Positions 24,722 to 35,171 are shown, counted from the first letter of the stretch. The stretch is 47,360 bases of DNA from Chromera velia (GCA_018398765.1 JAHBMJ010000453.1:1-47360), one strand, 5' to 3'. Translations and numbers: made by a program. Notes: generated from the sequence alone by a model not told the origin.

Positions 24722-26078
24722 TGTGCGTGTGTTGGTGTGTTGGTGTTGGTGTGTTGTGAGTGTGTGTCTGTTTTGGATATTCGAATTGTTTATCTGGGTC
24801 GTGTAATGACAGAAGAGCCGTCTTCTTCCTCAGCCAGAAGGTTGAAGCTGAGTGCGCCTCTCTGTATGCGTGGACAAAGGTGGTTTTGCACATGTCTGGG
24901 TGTGTGCGAGTGTGCCTGTTTGTGAGAGTGCGTGAGCGTGAGCGTGTGTGTGAGAGACAGAAAAGCAAACCGGATTTCCCACCACTTTTCCTTTGTGCAG
25001 GCGTCGGCGCCGACGGAAGAAGGACACTTCCGCGGTAGGTCGAAATGTTTGATTTGGTTTCTCTCAAACAGCACGGTAGACCATTCAGTCTGTCAATCTG
25101 TTCTCGATTTTTGCGTGGTTCATTTGTTGTCGCTTGGAACAACCAAAAGTGTCAGTTTTGCCCTCGTTGTGCTGTGCATGCTCACATTCCCTCTCCGTCG
25201 TCGCGCTGATTTGCTGCTGGACCTCTCTGTATCTCACAAGTACCTCCTCACCTTCTAGGGCGCTCTACCTGATTCTACCAAAAAGGGCTCCTCATTGTCG
25301 TTTGCTTGCCCCCTAACTGGTTTATTTATCAGTTGAGAGGCGCAACATGCATCGACAATCAGATCTCGCTGATGTTGATATGCGCATGTTCGTTGCCTGC
25401 CTTGTTTTGTATGTGCAGGAGGATGCGGCGCTGCTGGAACCTCAGCTGTTTACTCCCGACGACATCGCGTTCATGTCCATTTCCATCAATGTCCTTCCAG
25501 ACGGTCTGGTGCTCTTCTCGTGCAACATGGAGGAGCTTGCCGTGAGGTCGGAAGAAGAGGGAGGAGGAGCGTCCCAGGATGGGGAGGGGGGGTTGAAAGA
25601 AAGCAGTCAGATTGACAAAGAGAAGGCGGGAGATGGAAACACAGAGGCACGTTCAGATGAGAGGGGGGCCTCTGCAACCTCGGGAGGATCGGGAGAAGGG
25701 ATTCCACCATCACCCTCCCCTCGCGCGGGACAAGCGCCCCCATCGATCGGAGCCGAGGGATGGTTCGGAGGCGGATCTGAGTCGGCTTCGCCCAAACGAC
25801 CTCCATCGACAGGAAGCGCAAGACGCAAACAGCAGGACGGGCAGCAAGAAGGGGCCTCGGTGTTTGATTGGACGGGCATGGCCCCGGGGGGCTCTCGAGA
25901 GGGTGGAGGAGGAGCTGGTTTGTCTCTTCCATCCTCCCGCGAGAAGACTGTAGAAGGGTCGGAGGGGGGAGAGAAGGAAAATGGGGGTGTTGGTACGGTA
26001 GAAGCGCTTCAGGGCTGGCTAGGAATGCCTGAAGACGGGGGAGAAGGGGGGCAGGATGGAGGAGCTCCTGTTGAGTAG
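11328..26078 (+). CDS. Large (~20+ exon) hypothetical gene with a long N-terminal coiled-coil and an acidic/Gly-rich C-terminus; start codon tentative
   Basis: A chain of GT-AG-bounded exons includes ~12572 (RETARIERDMYATEVNELKNKVNNLRMEN), ~13083 (LRAQLELAITKRQAESEKVSKLEDAF), ~13758, ~14739, ~16945, ~17682, ~18465, ~19120, ~20803, ~21413, ~21896, ~22384, ~22969, ~23909, ~24388, ~25000 and 25419-26078. Phases were checked and are compatible across the last exons. The 5' exons near 11328-11990 are less certain, and this could be two genes. Confidence 0.7.
16585..16872. repeat. (GA)n/(GAGACA)n microsatellite, intronic
   Basis: Seen directly; it produces the spurious ER/SL ORFs. Confidence 0.95.
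19250..20309. repeat. ~1.06-kb compound (GACA)n/(GACG)n/(AACA)n tetranucleotide microsatellite, intronic
   Basis: Seen directly; it produces the spurious TDRQ/LSVC ORFs on both strands. Confidence 0.95.
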
Positions 26079-26570
26079 AGCAAAGCGATTAAAGTAGTTC
26101 AAAGCGAATTTTATAAGGTTGATTCATGTTCAGCCTCATGGTCGATTTCCAGGCGTATTTACACAAAATTGCATTGTGAGAGTGCACCATCGCAGACTGT
26201 CAGTACTTGCAATAATTTGCAGCCAATCTATTTTATGCATTTGAAAATCTAGTTGGAATTCAATCTATGTATCTAGCTGTGTATAATGTTTTTTTGTTGT
26301 TATATGATGATAAACATTCATGCAAATCTAGTTAGATACAAATATTGTTGCACCGTTAACTCTATATAGTACTCAGTACTGTTATATATTTAATTATCAT
26401 ATAAGTATTGCATTACTGTTGCAACGTGTTGTGAATGTACGTGTTGTATACTGTCACTTGTTGCATCTCGATCAAAATGGTATAGAATCATGATGATTAA
26501 AAAAAAATAATAATAAAAGAAATGGCTTACATCGTATTTATAGGGTCAAAGATTTGTAAATTATACATAA

Positions 26571-27148
26571 TGTTACGGTCTACTCAGACCGCAACTTAAG
26601 TCTTTGATTATTCTGAGACGTTTTGCTGTCTGTGTCCTTTGGCAAACATCAGGAGAATCACAATGGATGAAATATGAGCACTGCCAAGTGGCAGACTGAG
26701 AAGCGGAAGGTCTCGAGTTCGATTCCCACCTCCATCTCTTTTACCTAATTTTCATAAGAAGCCGATTAATCGGTTCTGTATCGGTTAAGGCAAAGTATGT
26801 CAAACTTGATACACTTTTAAAAATGAAAGTCTGTCAAACATGATACACTTACACAATTGATACACTTTCACAATTGGTAACCTTTGCAGGAAACAAGCAT
26901 AAAATGCAACTTTAAAAAAAAAAGAAAAGAAAGAATCGATTAAAAACTTGACCCCAGAGTAACAGAATTGAATCCCAAATCGAGTTGACTTACCTTCTGG
27001 AAGAATTGACTTGAAGCGATCTGAACTGACCTTCACTGACTTCAATAACATTGAGTGAATAATTAAAAGATATATTCAACTCCAATTCTAGTTCTATTCT
27101 TTCGTTTCGGCTTCGTCTGACCTACTGAGTCCGGAGGAGCACGGAACA
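26571..27148 (+). repeat. 5' LTR
   Basis: TGTTACGGTC...ACGGAACA, 578 bp, repeated at 29556-30133. Confidence 0.95.
26663..26742 (+). promoter_or_regulatory. tRNA-like Pol III internal promoter cassette within the LTR (also 29648-29727)
   Basis: A-box-like TGCCAAGTGG (26682-26691), tRNA-like GACTGAGAAGCGGAAGGTC, B-box GAGTTCGATTCC (26715-26726) and a TCTTTT run just downstream. No complete cloverleaf. Confidence 0.55.
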
Positions 27149-27150
27149 TG

Positions 27151-27175
27151 TGGTGACTTGCCGCAAGAGTCGAAC
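27151..27175 (+). other. Primer-binding site complementary to a tRNA 3' end (possibly tRNA-Trp)
   Basis: The reverse complement of TGGTGACTTGCCGCAAGAGTCGAAC is GTTCGACTCTTGCGGCAAGTCACCA, i.e. a T-loop GTTCGA through to CCA. Eukaryotic tRNA-Trp typically ends ...GTCA-CCA. Confidence 0.75.
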
Positions 27176-28142
27176 ACAACCTGCAAAGAGCGAAACTAGT
27201 TGGAGACCAATCGAGTCTCTCAGCACAGATACTTAGAAGATTTTCATTTAGGCAACTTCAGAAACTGTCTTCCTTGCCGGGACCCCCAACAAGAGATCGA
27301 GAGAGAAGGTCGAACTGTACGGCCGACCACTCCTCTTGAGGAACCGACACCAAAGAGTTCTCTTCATCCAAGCACACCTGCAAGCGCTGGATCTGGCAGT
27401 TCCTTCTGCCACTCGCTGGAGACCTTTCAGAAGACACTTCACCTGTGTGTGGGTAGCTGTCACTCCTTTGGACCCTGCTATCCCCGGACTTCCTTTTCTT
27501 CCTTCTGAACTCCATCCACATCGGCACGCTTTCACACCCAGCTTCTGGTACGCTCTAACGCCTTCGTCAACCACAAAAAGCCCCTCGAGTTAAGAGGACC
27601 GTCACCCTTGACTTAGAGAAAAATCATATCAAAACGGAGCAAACCGCGAAGCGCTGCTGAATTTTCGTTTTCTTCCCTCTTCTGTCCTTTGAGAAAGACA
27701 CCCAAACAAAACTAGAACAAACCGCGAAGCGCTGTTCATTTTTCTTCGTTTCTCTCTTTTCTATCCCAGCCTCAGTACCATGTGGAGCTTGCACTTCCGA
27801 GACAGGCATTGGTGAAACAATACAGAATTAAGAGGAAAGGTTATATAAGACTCTCGCCAAAGATGATTGACTGACCTTCACATGCTGAATCCAAATACCG
27901 CGGGGTCAATTGCTTCCTTGGGCCCGGGCGCGTGACTCTTTCCCCGCCGCGCGGTGGAATGCCGGGGCACATGCAACCAAATTATCATGAGACGCCGCGT
28001 GACCGAAAATGACTGACCTTTTTGGTCAAGCCAGCAGTTCTTTCCTGAATCGAACAGCAACCTCTGCACTCGCAGATGAAACTCCTCCCTACAAACCCTC
28101 TAAGGAAAACAATAGCAGTCTCGTACAGGCACGAGCGCCTCT

Positions 28143-28935
28143 GTGGGGGTCGACATCCCTCTGAGAATCAGCCCTCTCTGCAAACTGAAACAACGGATGG
28201 AGCGACCATTGGATCGGAACTGTAGAACTTCTGGACCTCGCTGGAGCTTGGACCTCTTGCTAGCTGGCGACGATGGAGCAAGCCTTAGGAGGCTCAGGAT
28301 AAGCTGTTTATGTATTGATAAAGAAACCTTTTGTTGGGGAATGGAAGATTGGGTGAAAAAGGTGTGTGAAGTAAGACTTAGTATGTGGTGGGATGATGCA
28401 CATGCCAGACTCGAGACAACTATGTGCACACACACAAAAAGAAAAAACAGACCAATCGTATGCATGGACTGGCCGCCATAATACACACCCATTCACTGTG
28501 GTTGGCACCTTGGTGCGATTGACCTCTTGCATCCAAAACGGACGATGCGAAAGGTATGGGCATTCAGCAGAAGGCTGAGTGTGCTACGGCCCAACAACCA
28601 CTCTTGGTTGCTCAATGAAGTCGTCGGGATTTCTCTGTGAGAGAGCAGAGCTGAATGAGTTCTTTCTGGTGTGAACTGTAACGCTTTCTGATGCTGACAA
28701 GACTGGATCTTTCGATCTCGAAGTCGAGCCGGGGTGTTGAGATCCATCAGATGTGCAAGATGCACAAGGCACAGTGCTGGGCCAATCTGATGCCCCCGAG
28801 GGAACGGCAGGCCTGACCTTTGAAAGACGAAGTATGATCAAAAGTGTGACCAAATGTGACTGCTGCCACATGGCCGGGCTCTCTCTGTGGTCGGTAAGCC
28901 CCGGTCGCACCGTTCCTCTCGACAGAAAGTGAGAA
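28143..28935 (+). pseudogene. Decayed gag (CCHC knuckle) and integrase Zn-binding remnants
   Basis: NGRCERYGHSAEG* (~28537-28578) keeps the C-x2-C-x4-H-x4-C spacing with the terminal Cys codon changed to TGA. VQDAQGTVLGQ...MIKSVTKCDCCHMA...PGRTVPL (~28753-28920) resembles the integrase H2C2 domain and the following GLLQPL motif. Stops are frequent. Confidence 0.6.
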
Positions 28936-29555
28936 GGTGAAAGGATTGGACGCAGACGATCGCCGATCATGAAGCGAATGATCGAGCTTCCAAAGCAACG
29001 CATCTCAAAGAGTGAGGTCAAGACAAAGGTTTAAAGGATACACTGATGAATCAGTGCAATAGAAGCAAAGAAACTGAGTTAAAGGAAGGTCTTGGGAATG
29101 AAGTATCCGCTGTTGACTATGTGTGAGAATTTGAACATTGTTGAGAAACACTGAATCTACAAAACACCACCCAGTCACGGTGACTGCATACAAAGGCGAA
29201 ATATCTATTTTTGTCTCTTTCGGAAGCTATTGCGCCGCTTTGATTGGCTGATGGCTAGCTGGTGAAATGAATGAAAGTTAAGTAGACGTCAATACGTAGA
29301 TTAGGATAGCAAGAACCTCAGGCGCCGGGACTTCGTGGAACTTCGTCGACGAGCAGACTGGAAAGTAAAGACACCTGTGGATCCTTTTTAAGCCTACCAA
29401 GGGGCAAACAAGAACTCGGTACAACTCTGTGGAATTGAAGGCGCGTGGAATCGCCTTCGTAAGAGAGGGGCACGTGTTATGTCGTACTTTGAAGGCGAAG
29501 GAGATGACAGTAGTTTTAAAGGCGCGTGGAAGCGCCTTATTGAGGAAGGGGCATG

Positions 29556-30133
29556 TGTTACGGTCTACTCAGACCGCAACTTAAGTCTTTGATTATTCTG
29601 AGACGTTTTGCTGTCTGTGTCCTTTGGCAAACATCAGGAGAATCACAATGGATGAAATATGAGCACTGCCAGGTGGCAGACTGAGAAGCGGAAGGTCTCG
29701 AGTTCGATTCCCACCTCCATCTCTTTTACCTAACTTTCATAAGAAGCCGATTAATCGGTTTTGTATCGGTTAAGGCAAAGTATGTCAAACTTGATACACT
29801 TTTAAAAATGAAAGTCTGTCAAACATGATACACTTACACAATTGATACACTTTCACAATTGGTAACCTTTGCAGGAAACAAGCATAAAATACAACTTTAA
29901 AAAAAAAAGAAAAGAAAGAATCGATTAAAAACTTGACCCCAGAGTAACAGAATTGAATCCCAAATCGAGTTGACTTACCTTCTGGAAGAATTGACTTGAA
30001 GCGATCTGAACCGACCTTCACTGACTTCAATAACATTGAGTGAATAATTAAAAGATATATTCAACTCCAATTCTAGTTCTATTCTTTCGTTTCGGCTTCG
30101 TCTGACCTACTGAGTCCGGAGGAGCACGGAACA
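29556..30133 (+). repeat. 3' LTR, preceded by PPT (29542-29551)
   Basis: Direct repeat of 26571-27148 followed by TSD ATAA. Confidence 0.95.
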
Positions 30134-31099
30134 ATAACTTGTAATAGAACTTGAAGCCTCAATCAAGTTGAATCAACTTCATGTCTATTCAGCATATGAA
30201 CCGAGTTGTCAGGCTTTTTTTATACTGATTACGGAGTTAGGGGGGTCAGGGACCCCCAAATAACCTTAAACACCCACTTTCAAAATTCAAAGTTGTTTCT
30301 AATGAGTTCCTAACCACATATCAACATTTAAAAACACTTCATTAAGCTTTGAATGTGCCATTTGTACTGATTACGGAGTTAGGCCCTGCCTATATCCTAA
30401 ATAGTCGCGTTTGAATTAAGACCACATCAAAACCTAGATAAAGACTTTTTGTTTATTTGGAAATTCGCGTTAATTTAGAAAACAATAATTCTAGCGATTA
30501 CTTCTAGATACTTTTCATTGTTTCAAAGCTTAATTGATTGCTATAAATAAAATCTATAAATTTTTAGGCTTTTTATTTTGAAAACAATTAAGTGTTTAAA
30601 ATTGATCATTTTCAGTAAAGAGAAAAGGTCTTTTTGTTTAATACAATTAATTAATGTTTATATAAAATCAAAAACTTAGTTCACGTTTTTCATTATAGCA
30701 CGCAACATTGCGGCAGTGGGCTTGGCAGTGGGTACAAGCGGTCTTTGAAGACTGTCTTTGACCTTTTTAGTTTCACCCGCCTACAGAGTCTTCAAGGATC
30801 GACAGCCGGCCGCCTGACTGAGCTACGTATGAAATTTGAGAGAAACGTCAATGTAACGCACAGCCATGGTACACACGCTCGACCCGAATTTCGTGACGAA
30901 TCGAGCTCAAAGGCGAGACGGGAGCGTCTCCAATGAAGTCGTGCTAGTGGATGCGCCGAGTCCTGTCTCTCTTCTTCCCATTCCGTCTTCCGATGCAGCA
31001 AAAAAAGGCGCCCACCCCCCTTGATATATCAGCTGGGGGCATGCATACAGGTATTTTTTCCTCTTCAGGACGATGATGCACTTCCGCCCGTTCAGGTGC

Positions 31100-31135
<36 letters not shown>

Positions 31136-31828
31136 AGACCGCCCACCGACGCACAAACTCCAACTTCGGATGACATCAGAAATGATCGGAAGGGAGAATC
31201 TAAACATTCAGAGCGGGATTCCGTCACCCATAGGCTCTCTCAGAGTCTGTCTCTTCGAGATGGCGTGGTGCCTCCAGCCCTCCTTGTAATATTTCCCAAA
31301 CTGCAATCAATCAATCAATCAAAAAAGACAAGCGAGAATCAACACACAAATGTGAGAACTCAGAGGCTCTTTCACACAGAACTTCCCCAACTGGCATATC
31401 GACCCAGATGAACCGAGAACAGAGAAGAGGGACAAAGACGATGAACGTCCAAGTCAACGCGCAACCAACTCGACTCGATCGGCTGGTGGAGGGTGAAAGA
31501 GAAGCATAAAAATGATTAAATGCATACTTGCTTACAATCTCACAAAAAAAGAAAGTGTAGATAGGTGAAGAGAAGCACGGACAGGCAGATACACGCAAAC
31601 AAAAAAATGCCCACGGACAGCAAGGGAGGCGTATGGGGGGTGGGCCGGGTTTTAGACTCGCCGACTTTGCGAATTGAACACAACAGGGACAGTCAGCGAG
31701 CTGAAGAGCTGAAAGGGAAGCCACGAATGAAAACGAAAGGTCTGGAAAAAATGAGCGCCCAGGCAGGCACTCAGTCCGAAAAAAAAAAAAAACAATTGAT
31801 GCCCCGACAGCGGCACAAGTGCTTGCTT

Positions 31829-32890
31829 GACAGGCAGTGCGCGTGTCGGAAAAGAAACGGACAGGCAGTGCGCGTGTCGGACAAGAAACGGACAGGCAGT
31901 GCGCGTGTCGGAAAGGAAACGGACAGGCAGTGCGCGTGTCCGACAAGAAACGAACAGGCAGCGCGCATGCCGGAAAAGAAACGGACAGGCAGTACGCGTG
32001 TCCGACAAGAAACGGACAGGCAGTGCGCGTGTCGGACAAGAAACGAACAGGCAGTGCGCGTGTCGGAAAAGAAACGGACAGACAGTGCGCGTGTCCGACA
32101 AGAAACGGACAGGCAGTGTGCGTGTCGGAAAAGAAACGGACAGGCAGTGCGCGTGTCGGAAAAGAAACGGACAGGCAGTACGCGTGTCGGAAAAGAAACG
32201 GACAGGCAGTGCGCATGTCGGAAAAGAAACAGACAGGCAGTGTGCGTGTCGGAAAAGAAACGGACAGGCAGTGCGCGTGTCCGACAAGAAACGGACAGGC
32301 AGTGCGCATGTCGGACAAGAAACGGACAGGCAGTGCGCGTGTTGGAAAAGAAACGGACAGGCAGTACGCGTGTCCGACAAGAAACGAACAGGCAGTGCGC
32401 ATGTCGGAAAAGAAACAACAGGCAGTGCGGGTGTCGGACAAGAAACGGACAGGCAGTGCGCGTGTCGGAAAGGAAACGGACAGGCAGTGCGCGTGTCCAA
32501 CAAGAAACGAACAGGCAGTGCGCATGTCGGAAAAGAAACGGACAGGCAGTACGCGTGTCCGACAAGAAACGGACAGGCAGTGCGCATGTCGGAAAAGAAA
32601 CGGACAGGCAGTGCGCGTGTCGGAAAAGAAACGGACAGGCAGTGCGCATGTCGGAAAAGAAACGGACAGGCAGTGCGCGTGTCGGAAAAGAAACGAACAG
32701 GCAGTGCGCGTGTCGGAAAAGAAACGGACAGGCAGTGCGCGTGTCGGAAAAGAAACGGACAGGCAGTGCGCATGTCGGACAAGAAACGAACAGGCAGTGC
32801 GCGTGTCGGAAAAGAAACGGACAGGCAGTGCGCATGTTGGAAAAGAAACGGACAGGCAGTACGCGTGTCGGACAAGAAACGGACAGGCAG
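31829..32890. repeat. 31-bp minisatellite, ~34 units (GACAGGCAGTGCGCGTGTCGGAAAAGAAACG)
   Basis: Tandem units with point variants and no unique spacers; one shortened unit near 32416. Confidence 0.95.
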
Positions 32891-33176
32891 GGAGGCACAT
32901 GCATGGGGAAAAAACAGACCTATGCCGCGCAATCCAACGCAAAACGAGACGTACTGACGAGCCTGAACCAGCATGAGTCACTAAGTGAATCACAAACCAG
33001 CAACGTCAAGACAGAGGCAGAACGGTGTCCACGAACATTAGTTAAAGTCACGAAAAACCGAGCAGGCACGGAAGAATGGAGGGAAGAAACACAGCGATAC
33101 AGAGATGCAAGAGCGAGCGGGGGAATTTCGGAGGCTGTGGACTTTGCGAGAGCGAGCGACAGAAACGTACAATGCT

Positions 33177-33737
33177 TCAGAACCCAAGAATCTACATTGC
33201 ATTCATGAAACTGCGCTACGAACGAATCAGAGAGACAGACTGAAATGCTAACAACGGTAACAAGCTTTGGGCAAGCCACCGGAAGAGCACGCTCCTGAGA
33301 AGAAGGCATCTCTGAAGAACAGACAGTCGATGGATGAAAAGAGAGCTCGGATGGATCGGTCTGATAGGTGCACGTACCTCCCGGTAGTAATTGGCAGTTT
33401 CCCAATAGGATTCCCAGACTGCGAAGGCAGAGGTGGCAAAAAGGAACAGCATCACGTCACGCACCCAGTTCCACTTGTATCCGGAAGGAGGGTTCACTGC
33501 GGCTTTTGCACTCCCATATGCGTAAATGGGAATGTCACCGATGACGAGGGTGGTCCTGTAAAAAGAGTCTTTTCTCACAGAATCCTCTGTCATAGTTTGT
33601 GACACAGGCTTCCAGTACCCCCAATCCCGCTTGGGCACGTTGGGATCTGAAGTAGAGAACGCGCGTGCATAGCGGGACAGGGAGATCAGCCCCCCTGTGG
33701 AGCGTCTGAGAGCACAGAGGGCAATGGGGTTCAGCAT
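33177..33737 (-). CDS. Small putative mitochondrial membrane protein (~124 aa, 2 exons)
   Basis: The N-terminus MLNPIALCALRRSTGGLISLSRYARAFS resembles a mitochondrial presequence, and there is one TM (VMLFLFATSAFAVW). Exon 33737-33378 ends GAG|gtacgt; acceptor tgtag|33191 gives ILGF*. Confidence 0.7.
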
Positions 33738-34345
33738 CCTTCTGGCTTACCCTCCCTGCCACCTGTTTCTTTACACGTCAGAGCCCGCAAACGAGCTAGT
33801 GAAGTGAAATCTCCCTGCAAGCCGCCACTCCGCGGTCTCCTGCTGTACTGTTCTGTGTGAGTCACGCAGAGACAATGCTGACAGATCTCGGACTCAAAGT
33901 GTGTGGCTTTCCACGGAAGGTCCGAAGGGCTCTTTGTCTTTAATCAGCTGATTGACTAACACTGAGTCTATCTGCTTCTCCGTTTGCTCCCATTTGCATC
34001 GTGGTGGCGGGCGATGCACTGCATGCGCCGGCGCGGCAGTACGTGCATGGGCGCGCCGCCCACGCACCAATTAACCGAGACGCCGGCCGGCCGTTGTGCA
34101 CGAACACTCCATGTCAGAGAATGCAGCTAAAGACGCTCTGCATGGTTGCGAAATTCAAGAATTGAGCCCCGTAATTCGTGAAGCCAAGATCGAAGGACAT
34201 TTAGCCCAACTGACCGTGCAAGTTGTCTGCCTTTTGGAGGTTGAAGAAAAAAAGCGAACCGAACCAATCCACGAGCACGTTCTGGTGTGCATGTATCAAA
34301 AGAAAGGTCAGACACTAATCCAGAGCCTCTGATACGTACGCAGCC

Positions 34346-34771
34346 ATGACGGACGAGACCGCAGAACAAAAGGAACAGAGGGAGAAGAAGGCCCTCAGGC
34401 AATATGTTGCAAGGCGACGAATGGTATGCATCACAGAGTTCAAGAACCTTATCGCTGCCATGAAAGAGAAAGGAGTTGCTGAGATCCTCGTTACTGACCA
34501 CCCCTGCTATGATCTCATGTTGACTCCCATTGCATGCTTCCCCGAGGACCAGGAACTCCCCACTGTGGCACCGGGAGATGCGTCACATCAAGGATATGCC
34601 TGGCACTCAACCACTTGGCCCTGGTTCGATGATTGCTGGAAGGCTGCAGGCGGGGACAGCAGCGGCTGTCGGGTGATTATATTTGCGAACGGGCTGGGGG
34701 ATATGCACGACCTAACCACTCAACAAGCGCCTCCACCCGGATCCGTTCGAGTCCCGGGATATGAAAATTGA
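34346..34771 (+). CDS. Intronless hypothetical protein (141 aa)
   Basis: The ORF has a gccATG context and natural amino-acid composition. It is divergent from the 33737 gene across a GC/TGCATGC island at ~34015-34095. Confidence 0.65.
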   Translation: MTDETAEQKEQREKKALRQYVARRRMVCITEFKNLIAAMKEKGVAEILVTDHPCYDLMLTPIACFPEDQELPTVAPGDASHQGYAWHSTTWPWFDDCWKAAGGDSSGCRVIIFANGLGDMHDLTTQQAPPPGSVRVPGYEN

Positions 34772-35134
34772 AGGGAAGCAGCTTATATATGTGCACTCAT
34801 GTGTTCACATGCGGTTGTGTGTTGAACCTGCACGCGGATTTTTGAAGAGAGAACTGCAAAACATGTTCCGCATGTATTCCGTAGCGTAGCACAGCACTGA
34901 TTCAGTAACCATGCATGTGACGTCGTGACAGCAGACTTTTGTCTGATAGATTGGTTTTGTGTTGGGCCCTGTCAGGCTATTCTACTCACGTGTACCTTCA
35001 ACTCACACATTGCGTCCCCCACTTTTCTCCTCCCCCCCTCCTTCACTGTCTCCCTCTCTCTTCCCTCCCTCTCACTTCGGGTAGATAAATGACAGAGTAG
35101 GACAGTGCAAGGGTCTGTATGTGTGCATAAATAC

Positions 35135-35140
35135 GTGCGC

Positions 35141-35171
<31 letters not shown>

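Larger units (their letters stand above)
26571..30133 (+). mobile_element. Non-autonomous LTR retrotransposon (Ty3/Gypsy-derived), 3563 bp
   Basis: Two 578-bp direct repeats (TG...CA) at 26571-27148 and 29556-30133 with about 5 mismatches. 4-bp TSD ATAA (26567-26570, 30134-30137). PBS TGGTGACTTG... lies 2 nt after the 5' LTR and PPT GAGGAAGGGG precedes the 3' LTR. A decayed gag knuckle and integrase Zn-finger lie inside; no RT is visible. Confidence 0.93.

Noticed and set aside
26663..26742. Functional tRNA gene
   Set aside because: The T-stem and anticodon stem do not pair properly and no full cloverleaf forms. It is kept only as a tRNA-derived promoter-like cassette.
26800..27051. Duplicated 83-aa ORF (also 29785-30036)
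   Set aside because: It lies antisense within the LTRs, and the duplication is explained by the LTR pair.
29230..29430. Chromodomain remnant at the end of the LTR element interior
   Set aside because: Only vague similarity (QY...TSW) that needs frameshifts; not supportable by eye.
31311..33208. Long repetitive ORFs (376-560 aa) on both strands, and a possible CRISPR array
   Set aside because: They arise from a stop-free 31-bp tandem repeat that cycles through all frames. There are no unique spacers and no cas genes.
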